DNA of 64,000 nucleotides, taken from NCBI GenBank assembly GCA_021741155.1, contig JAIOYP010000003.1, positions 7,950-71,949 on the forward strand. The letters are read 5' to 3'. The stretch comes from Flavobacteriales bacterium. GTDB taxonomy: Bacteria; Bacteroidota; Bacteroidia; UBA10329. Below, piece after piece: positions 33,867 through 41,500 of this stretch. Below the pieces are notes generated by a model. That model was not told where the DNA came from and searched no databases. It saw only the letters and a list, made by a program, of their open reading frames with translations. The stretch's first letter is position 1. Every line of letters starts with the position of its first letter. The position numbers and the translations under genes were made by a program.

Positions 33867-34883
33867 TTAGACCAGACCTCTATGCTTCATTCCCATCCAA
33901 CCTTGCAGGCCGCCTGTATGGATGGCGAGGATGGTGGTTCCCTTGAGTAAGGGCGTGTCGCGGCATGCCCCTACAGATTGCTTGTTCAGAATCATATCAT
34001 AGATGCCGAACATCATTTTGCCGGTATAAATGGGGTCGAGGGGAATACCGGTGCGTTCGGTGAAACCGTTGATGAAAGCCATGAGTTCGGGTTTCATCTT
34101 GGCGTAGCCTCCGAAATGGTAGTTGGTTGACAGTCCATAGTCCATGGTCGATGGCGGTCGTAAAGCAGATTCTCCCATTAGTCTTTCAACGTCTTCTTTG
34201 AGAAAGCCGCCACCTTTCAAGACAGGAAAGCCGATCAATCGCTGATCCCGTTTCAAGGTGAGGGCCAATCCGGCAAGGGTGGTTCCTGTTCCAGCCGCGC
34301 AGCACACAACATCAAAAGGTTCCTCCACCTCGGTCAAAATTTCGGCACAGCCGCGCACACCAAAGCCGTTGGCACCCCCTTCGGGAATGATGAAACAGCG
34401 ACCGAAACGATTTTTCAACTCACCCCCTGCTCCACTCGCGGAGCCTTCCTCCTCTCTTGCAAGAAAGGGGGTGTTTGCCTCTGGCAGATGGGGGTGAGTC
34501 AATTTCCGGTAATCCTCACGGGAAACAAACACCAACCGCATATCATTCTCCCTAGCAAATTGCAGGGTTGGGTTGCTGGGGTCGTCCTCTCCGCGGATAA
34601 TGCCGATGCTTTCCATCCCCGCCTTTTTGCAGGCATAGGCCGTGGCGGCAATATGGTTGCTATACGCCCCTCCGAAGGTGAGGATGGTATGATGGTTCTG
34701 CTGAACGGCCTCCGAAAGATTGTATTTCAGCTTGCGCCACTTGTTGCCGCTTATGTGTTCATGGATAAGGTCGTCCCGTTTGATGAGCAAACGCACTCCG
34801 GTGCCATCCAACAGCGGGTCTTTCACCTCCTGAACAGGCAATCCGGCAGGTCTGTACGATTTTGCGTAATCAATGGCATCCAT
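33867..34883 (-). CDS. PLP-dependent ACC deaminase / D-cysteine desulfhydrase family protein (carries in-frame repeat insertions)
   Basis: IKRDDL..SGNKWRKLKY, TFGGAYSNH, PEGGAN, GTGTTLAG, LDPIYTGK, IHTGGLQG. Confidence 0.92.
   Translation of the reverse strand: MDAIDYAKSYRPAGLPVQEVKDPLLDGTGVRLLIKRDDLIHEHISGNKWRKLKYNLSEAVQQNHHTILTFGGAYSNHIAATAYACKKAGMESIGIIRGEDDPSNPTLQFARENDMRLVFVSREDYRKLTHPHLPEANTPFLAREEEGSASGAGGELKNRFGRCFIIPEGGANGFGVRGCAEILTEVEEPFDVVCCAAGTGTTLAGLALTLKRDQRLIGFPVLKGGGFLKEDVERLMGESALRPPSTMDYGLSTNYHFGGYAKMKPELMAFINGFTERTGIPLDPIYTGKMMFGIYDMILNKQSVGACRDTPLLKGTTILAIHTGGLQGWMGMKHRGLV
33947..33974 (-). repeat. GTAG-type REP hairpin inside the CDS
   Basis: - strand GTAGGGGCATG-CCGCGA-CACGCCCTTAC, read in frame as VGACRDTPL. 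Confidence 0.75.
34126..34160. repeat. Heptamer tandem run inside the CDS
   Basis: gttgaca gtccata gtccatg gtcgatg gcggtcg; read as RPPSTMDYGLST on the - strand. Confidence 0.6.
34418..34499. repeat. 82-bp element with terminal inverted repeats inside the CDS
   Basis: actcacccc...ggggtgagt ends; internal hairpins cctctcttgcaagaaaggg and tgcc-tct-ggca. Confidence 0.8.
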
Positions 34884-35150
34884 CGGGGCAAAGGAAGCAG
34901 AAAAGCGGGGGTGCAGAAATCATTCCCACACATAAGCAGATGGTTTTTTCTTGAGGGAGAACCGTTCCGGAACGTAAGCGGATCATTTTTTCTTACCAAT
35001 GAATTATTTATTTGAACCGATTAATTATTAATTGGTGTTTTCTTTATATTTATTGGCATCAATTCGGAATATTACAATACCTTTTTTTATATCATTCATT
35101 CCATATAAATAATAAATTGTTTCCATTTTAATTTTCTTGTAATCGATTTT

Positions 35151-35768
35151 ATGAAAAGTGACTTCATTCCGATAAAACTTGTTGATATAGATGCTTGGGA
35201 AGGTAGATTTTTAACAGCCCTTAACCAGCAGGCAGCATCTTTAGGCATCACACCTCAGCAGCTTATTGATATAACGCAGAAAATCACCAACCACCGAGAA
35301 GCCTATGTGGCCGCTGAGGAGGCTAAGAAGGTTGCCAAGAGTAAAGTGGCCCACATGCAGGCGCTTAAAGTGGATACGATACGCTCCATCCGCAAGATGG
35401 TGCGCCAGATAAAGAGCAGTCCGACCTATGCGTCCGCCAATGCTCATTCTCTTGGAGTGATCGGCCCAGAAGACAGCAAGGAGCTCACCAGCCCTAAACT
35501 TAAGGCACGGTCAGTTGGTGGCAGAGCCGTTATCAGTTACCGCAAATACCGCAGCCACGGAATCTACCTATATGGCAAGCGCGGCAACGAAACTAGCCTA
35601 ACCCTGCTTGCTGTGGATACCCGCAGCCCCTATGTGGATACGCGTCCAAACCTAGACCCTAACGCCCCCGAGCAGCGCGAATATGCTGCCCGATATATGC
35701 TCAATGATGAACCCGTGGGTCAAATGGGAAACATTCATTTGCTGCTAGTGGCCCCAGGAGACCATTGA
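35151..35768 (+). CDS. Hypothetical protein (helical N-domain plus predicted Fn3-like C-domain)
   Basis: DFIP..W N-terminal motif, coiled segment, LGVIGP linker, HGIYLY.KRG.E..LLAVDTRSPYVDTRP; preceded by an AT-rich 160-bp leader. Confidence 0.75.
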   Translation: MKSDFIPIKLVDIDAWEGRFLTALNQQAASLGITPQQLIDITQKITNHREAYVAAEEAKKVAKSKVAHMQALKVDTIRSIRKMVRQIKSSPTYASANAHSLGVIGPEDSKELTSPKLKARSVGGRAVISYRKYRSHGIYLYGKRGNETSLTLLAVDTRSPYVDTRPNLDPNAPEQREYAARYMLNDEPVGQMGNIHLLLVAPGDH

Positions 35769-35818
35769 GCCAAAACCTTCAGCGACCTATTCTTGTTTAC
35801 TTTGCAAACGTGAACGAG

Positions 35819-35998
35819 ATGGACGATTATTTCGGAAAACCGAAGCTTGACCCTGATGATTTTTACTACTCCAAAGAAGGCTACATCGTCTTTACGGAAA
35901 AGTATCTGCTCAAACGGGGTTACTGCTGCAAGAATAGTTGCAAGCATTGCCCGTATGGGTTTGATAGGAAAACGGGCAGGATAAAGCCCCTCCCCTGA
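35819..35998 (+). CDS. DUF5522 family small Cys-rich protein
   Basis: DFYYSKEGYIVFTEKYLLKRGYCCKNSCKHCPYG; start re-called at ATG 35819. Confidence 0.85.
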   Translation: MDDYFGKPKLDPDDFYYSKEGYIVFTEKYLLKRGYCCKNSCKHCPYGFDRKTGRIKPLP

Positions 35999-36026
35999 CC
36001 CCTCCCCAAAGGGGCGGGGAATTCGG
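35987..36026 (+). repeat. Single REP-like unit of the GC-rich family, containing the DUF5522 stop codon
   Basis: cccctcccctgacccctccccaaaggggcggggaattcgg. Confidence 0.88.
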
Positions 36027-36059
36027 ATGGCGTAGATTTGATTATTGACCAAGTGATAA

Positions 36060-38273
36060 ATGGATTTTAAGACCGCAGTTTCAGAAGGTATTCCTAAGCA
36101 ACTTCCAGAAAGACGCCCCCTTGATGCGAGCGTGAGCCACGCCCCCAAACGCAAGGATATTCTCAGTGTCGATGACAAAAAACTAGCGCTACGCAATGCC
36201 CTGCGCTATTTTCCCAAGGAATGGCACGCCCAGCTTGTCGCAGAATTTGCCAATGAACTGAAGGAATACGGCCGCATTTACATGTATCGGTTTATGCCCG
36301 AATATGAGATGCACGCACGGCCAATCTCACACTATCCGGCCAAGTGCCAACAGGCGGCTGCCATTATGCTGATGATTCAGAATAATTTGGATCCTGCCGT
36401 GGCGCAACATCCACAAGAACTGATTACCTACGGTGGAAATGGAGCCGTTTTTCAGAATTGGGCGCAATATCGCCTCACTATGAAATACCTTTCTGAAATG
36501 ACCGAGGCGCAAACTTTGGTGATGTACAGCGGACATCCTATGGGATTGTACCCGAGCCATAAAGATGCACCGCGTGTCGTTGTAACCAACGGCATGATGA
36601 TTCCGAACTACAGCAAACCAGACGATTGGGAGAAATTCAACGCGCTAGGCGTTACCCAATACGGACAGATGACGGCTGGTTCCTATATGTACATTGGTCC
36701 GCAGGGAATTGTGCATGGAACCACCATCACCGTGCTGAATGCAGTCCGGAAACTGACCTCCCCCAACCCCTCCAATGGAGGGGAGAAGCACTCCGATTTA
36801 ACTTTATCTAAAACATCAAATCAAGGCACCCCGAATTCCCCTTCCCTTCGGGGAGGGGTCAGGGGTGGGGTTGGTCTTCCTCTTTTTGTGACCAGCGGAC
36901 TGGGCGGCATGAGCGGAGCCCAGCCAAAGGCGGGCAACATTGCAGGAGTTGTGACCATCTGTGCTGAGATAAATCCGGCAGCAGCCGAAAAACGTCATTC
37001 GCAGGGTTGGGTAGATGAGTTGATTAATGATGTGGATGTGTGTATTGATACCGCTATCGGGTTTCAAGCAAAGAGAAAAGCCCGAAGCATTGCCTTCGTT
37101 GGTAATGTGGTTGATTTGTGGGAACGCCTAGCGGAACGAAACATTCACGTTGATCTGGGTTCAGACCAAACTTCCCTACATAATCCGTGGGCTGGTGGGT
37201 ACTATCCCGTTGGTTTGACTTATGAGGAAAGCAACGCATTGATGGCGAAAGAACCAGAGGTGTTCAAGAAACGTGTACAAGAAACCCTTCGCAGACAGGT
37301 AATAGCCATCAACAAATTGGCGGCAAACGGTATGTATTTCTTCGATTATGGGAATGCATTTCTCCTAGAGGCGGGAAGAGCTGAGGCTGATATATGGACC
37401 TCCCACAACCCTTCCAAAGGAGGGGAGTTGCGCTCCGAACAAGCTTCATCTACACTTTCCAATCAAGGCACCAGTTCTCCCCCATTGGGGGAGTTAGAGG
37501 GGGCTGTTGGTGGGGCCGCTGGGGACGGTGCTTATCGCTACCCAAGCTATGTTCAAGACATAATGGGCCCCATGTGTTTCGATTACGGTTTTGGGCCATT
37601 TCGCTGGGTCTGTGCTTCTGGAAAAGAAGAAGACCTACAAGCCACCGATATCATTGCCGCCCAAGTCATAGAAGAAATGCTTTTGAGCGCGCCTGCTGAA
37701 ATTCGATCTCAACTACAAGACAACTTGCGTTGGGTTCAAGAAGCGCAAAAAAACAAGTTAGTAGTTGGGTCGCAAGCACGCATATTGTATGCAGATGCCG
37801 AGGGAAGAATCAAAATTGCAGCTGCATTTAATCAAGCAATCAAAGAAGGAAAAATTGGTCCCGTGGTTTTGGGTCGAGACCACCATGACGTATCAGGTAC
37901 AGATTCGCCCTACCGAGAAACGTCAAATATTTACGATGGCTCGCAATTTACTGCAGACATGGCAGTTCAGAATTTTGTTGGCGATGCCTTTCGTGGAGCC
38001 ACTTGGATAAGTCTTCACAACGGTGGTGGCGTTGGTTGGGGAGAAGTAGTAAACGGTGGGTTCGGAATGCTTTTGGATGGTTCTGACGATGCCGACCGCA
38101 GGCTCAGAATGATGCTTCATTGGGATGTAAACAACGGAATTTCGCGCAGAAGCTGGGCTCGAAACGAGGGGGCAATCTTTGCCGCCAAACGTGCAATGCA
38201 GCAAGAACCGAATTTGAAAATTACCATCCCCAACTTGGTTGATGATAGCCTCTTAGAAAATCTCGAAAAATAA
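36060..38273 (+). CDS. hutU: Urocanate hydratase (long Bacteroidota type) with two in-frame repeat insertions
   Basis: ELITYGGNG, YGQMTAGSYMYIGPQGIVHGT, GLGGMSGAQPKA, SDQTSLHN, FFDYGNAF, GRDHHDVSGTDSP, HNGGGVGWG. Confidence 0.97.
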   Translation: MDFKTAVSEGIPKQLPERRPLDASVSHAPKRKDILSVDDKKLALRNALRYFPKEWHAQLVAEFANELKEYGRIYMYRFMPEYEMHARPISHYPAKCQQAAAIMLMIQNNLDPAVAQHPQELITYGGNGAVFQNWAQYRLTMKYLSEMTEAQTLVMYSGHPMGLYPSHKDAPRVVVTNGMMIPNYSKPDDWEKFNALGVTQYGQMTAGSYMYIGPQGIVHGTTITVLNAVRKLTSPNPSNGGEKHSDLTLSKTSNQGTPNSPSLRGGVRGGVGLPLFVTSGLGGMSGAQPKAGNIAGVVTICAEINPAAAEKRHSQGWVDELINDVDVCIDTAIGFQAKRKARSIAFVGNVVDLWERLAERNIHVDLGSDQTSLHNPWAGGYYPVGLTYEESNALMAKEPEVFKKRVQETLRRQVIAINKLAANGMYFFDYGNAFLLEAGRAEADIWTSHNPSKGGELRSEQASSTLSNQGTSSPPLGELEGAVGGAAGDGAYRYPSYVQDIMGPMCFDYGFGPFRWVCASGKEEDLQATDIIAAQVIEEMLLSAPAEIRSQLQDNLRWVQEAQKNKLVVGSQARILYADAEGRIKIAAAFNQAIKEGKIGPVVLGRDHHDVSGTDSPYRETSNIYDGSQFTADMAVQNFVGDAFRGATWISLHNGGGVGWGEVVNGGFGMLLDGSDDADRRLRMMLHWDVNNGISRRSWARNEGAIFAAKRAMQQEPNLKITIPNLVDDSLLENLEK
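36752..36870. repeat. REP-like doublet inserted in frame in hutU (insertion 1)
   Basis: Left hairpin cccctcc-aat-ggagggg; right unit 36832-36870 identical over 39 nt to 53705-53743. Confidence 0.92.
37397..37505. repeat. REP-like doublet inserted in frame in hutU (insertion 2)
   Basis: Left unit cctcccacaacccttccaaaggagggg; right unit 37475-37503 is the reverse complement of 32698-32726 at 28/29 nt. Confidence 0.92.
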
Positions 38274-38305
38274 AAGCAGCGGAAGTATTACTACTTCCGC
38301 TGCTT
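38274..38305. terminator. Bidirectional terminator between hutU and the PID-CTERM-like gene
   Basis: 14-bp stem aagcagcggaagta-ttac-tacttccgctgctt. Confidence 0.82.
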
Positions 38306-38319
38306 CTTTATTCATTCAG

Positions 38320-38502
38320 TTACTTCTTATTGCGATTCAGCCGAACCGCACCGTATGCAACTCCTCCAACCATAAGCACCATGCTTAAAGCATCTAATGG
38401 TGCGCCTATAAGAGGTTGGCTAGGTGGCGGGGTTTGAGCAAATGCTTGCGCAATTCCCAACATCATGACCCCAATAAAGGTAATTCCAATTTTAAATTTC
38501 AT
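38320..38502 (-). CDS. PID-CTERM-like mini protein (signal peptide, Pro-rich linker, sorting TM segment)
   Basis: AFA-QTPPPSQPLIG-APLD-ALSMVLMVGGVAYGAVRL-NRNKK; 11 nt downstream of the T9SS cargo gene. Confidence 0.8.
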   Translation of the reverse strand: MKFKIGITFIGVMMLGIAQAFAQTPPPSQPLIGAPLDALSMVLMVGGVAYGAVRLNRNKK

Positions 38503-38513
38503 CGTTCCGAATT

Positions 38514-41500
38514 TTATTTGATCACCTTTTGAGAAGAAATCTCCCCGTTTGCAATCATTCTTACTACATAAACTCCCATAGACAGGCTAGACACATCGAC
38601 TTTTGCTAACCCGTTGGAGAAACCAACTGACCCAGAAGTCCAAACCATTCTGCCACTCATATCAAAAATCTCCAAAGCAGCCATCTCAACATTAGCTTTC
38701 GAAACCGTCAACATATCATTGTTGATGAACGCATGCATTGGATTCATTTGTACATCATACATACCCGTTACACTTGGCGTAGCAAAATGTAGGAAGAAAC
38801 GATCGTTGTAAGTAACCGCATTCGTTTGGAACACATATGAACCTTCATGTAAGTCTTGGAAAACATTCAAATGACGGTCTTCTAAGTAAATGATGTCGCT
38901 TTCCATATTGAAATTCGTATCCAGGCTTATAGTGACCATAGATTGAGTATTCGAAATATATCCTAACGGAACAATTCTATCAGGGAATAACGATCCATAA
39001 GCTTGAGTCACGTATGGAGTATTATCATCCATTAGACTGTAAAAACTATGCCCAGAGCCTAGATTAATTTTTGGAGTATCGTAAGACCAATCTGGTCCAT
39101 CTGTACCGTCCTCCAAAAATCCAATAGCCATTTGATTATATCGGCCTTCAGCATTAACTGCAGATAGCCATAACTTCTTAGCATCGCTTTGTCTAAATAG
39201 CATGTTTGTATTGCCAGCAACTCGCATTGCGTTGGTAAACTGAACACTGCCAGCTCCGTTCACTCTAACTTCAAAACCTTGAGCAGATCCAATTACTGGT
39301 CCCGGAGTGTTTCCACCGCCACCAGCAGTTTGCAACGTTGGATTCCAAACCGCAAAATCTTGCGAATCGTACGGAGTTGTTGCTGGACTATCCCATAGGT
39401 AAATTGAGTTTACAGAAAGGATTCCGCTGTTAGCTGACAAGAATGTTGCAGCGTCTATTCCACTTGGATAAGGATTACCAACCAAATTGAACGGAACTCC
39501 AGGCAACATTGGATCAGGATTGTTAAAATACTGAACCGGAATACTAACGTTACCGTTATTAACAGTACCAGTAAATGTTTCTACAGTGCTGGCAAATGCT
39601 GCATAGCCTTTACCAGGAATCATAGTAGCACCTGGTGCAACCCAACCTGGATCATGCAAATCATCAAACGGATCCGCAGTACTCAACTGTGGGTCGTAGG
39701 CATATGCCTGCCCAAAGATGTTTGTTGAAACAGTAGTTATTGGAGAACTCCAGAAATCGAAAACAGTACTTCCATTACGAGTTACGTTGTAGATACCTGT
39801 TCCTACTCGAGTACTTCCTGTGGCCTGTACCAAACTACCGCCAGAGGCAACATTTATAGTTCCATTATTTGTTAAAACACCTGTAACCGACAGAGAATGT
39901 CCACCTTGAATACTAACCGATGAACCAGTTGCAAGCGTAAGGGTTGCAATTGAAGCTGCCTCGTCAATAATTGGGAAGTTACCTCCAACTGGTGTGGTAG
40001 GAATGAACGCAACACCATTTGATGCTGGAACGGTTCCTTCACTCCAGTTACCATTGGTAGCCCAATCGTTAGCTACAGCGCTACCAGTCCATTCATTCAC
40101 ACCGCAGGTACGAGAGATTGTAAATGTTCCTGTTGTGGTGCTACCAGATAACCAATACGAGATATAAACATAATACCTTGTACCTAGAACAGTGGTAAAG
40201 GTGGCAGACTCACTTCCACCAGCATCATCAATGCAATTGACGTTAGACAGAGCACCACAAGTTCCTCTAGTAATCGACAATTCGATGTCAAATGTGGCGT
40301 CACAAGTGACCGTAGTACTGTATCCATTTCCAACAAACGTATACCAAACTCCAAATTGTCCCATGCTACACATTCCAATTGCACCAGAAACGAATGCTGG
40401 CTCAGGTCGAGACCATTCGGTAGTACCAGCCAAACCAGATGTTCCGCAAGGAAGCGAGATTGCGTTAGCGCACTCATCATTAGCCGGTGCTGGTGGCAAC
40501 GTTTTAATACAAATGTCTTGTTGCGAAAACGCCCCTGAACCTGCCCAAGTATACATTCTCAGGTAGTACGTATTTCCAGGAGTAAGACCGTATAAAATAC
40601 TTCCAGCGTTATCGTCACTACATACAATTGAAGTCATAGAAGAAGCACAAGCAGAACTAAATACCTGCCAGTAAATATCAGTGGATCCAGCAACGTATGT
40701 AAACTCTATGCTTAGTGCCGTTTCTGGGGCTACAAATGAGAACCATACATCATCATCAGGGTTGCCCGAGTTGGATGTACACGAACCCGTAGGTGTAACT
40801 CCTGAGTTTGTACCATTCAAAGTAGTTTGGTTTGAAAGTGTAGCACAAGTCTGGTTAGTAGGAATAACCGGGAATGGTGTTGCTGTGCTACAGTTGTCGT
40901 TTGCAGGCGGAACTCCCGATATAGTCCTTAGATTTCCCAATGCAGTACCAGTGGGGGTCACAACTGGAGTGGTAGTAACCGCTATGTTTCCAACTGGTGT
41001 TATCCTTGCGGTAATGGTTCGTCCAACCGTAGCCGTTCCGCTTACATCAGCAACCAAAAGATATCTTCGATTAGTACTGATTCCTGTTTGACCTGCTATA
41101 CCAAATGTCATGCTCGCAGCAAGTGCTTGCGCAGCGGTCGAAGCAAGCAAATCCGTTCCTACCTCGTACGTACCATTTGCATTCACATCTTGATAAATTC
41201 TAAAATTAGAAAGGTCTGCAGTTGTGGCTGTTCCAGTGGTTGTATAGGTTACAGAAGTCAGCGATGCTGATACGCAACCTGGAGCTAATTGAAAACCAGA
41301 GATAACCACATTGTTTGAGGACTGACCAATATTTCCTGCTGCAGGTGTTCCTGTATTACTAAGAACCAAAGCAGGGGTAGGACTAGTTACCTGAATATTG
41401 AAGGTTCCTCCTAAACCATCCCAATCCTGAACCATGACGTAATAAGTAGTTCCTGCAACTACTGTGGCAGAAGCTGTTTCGGAGGAAGTACTGAAACTAG

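Noticed and set aside
36752-36870. In-frame insertions as inteins or self-splicing introns
   Set aside because: No intein terminal residues (C/S...HN) or group I/II features; they are too short and match intergenic repeats.
32676-37505. Clustered repeats as a CRISPR array
   Set aside because: Units are inverted, irregularly spaced and partly intragenic; there is no constant repeat-spacer period and no cas gene.
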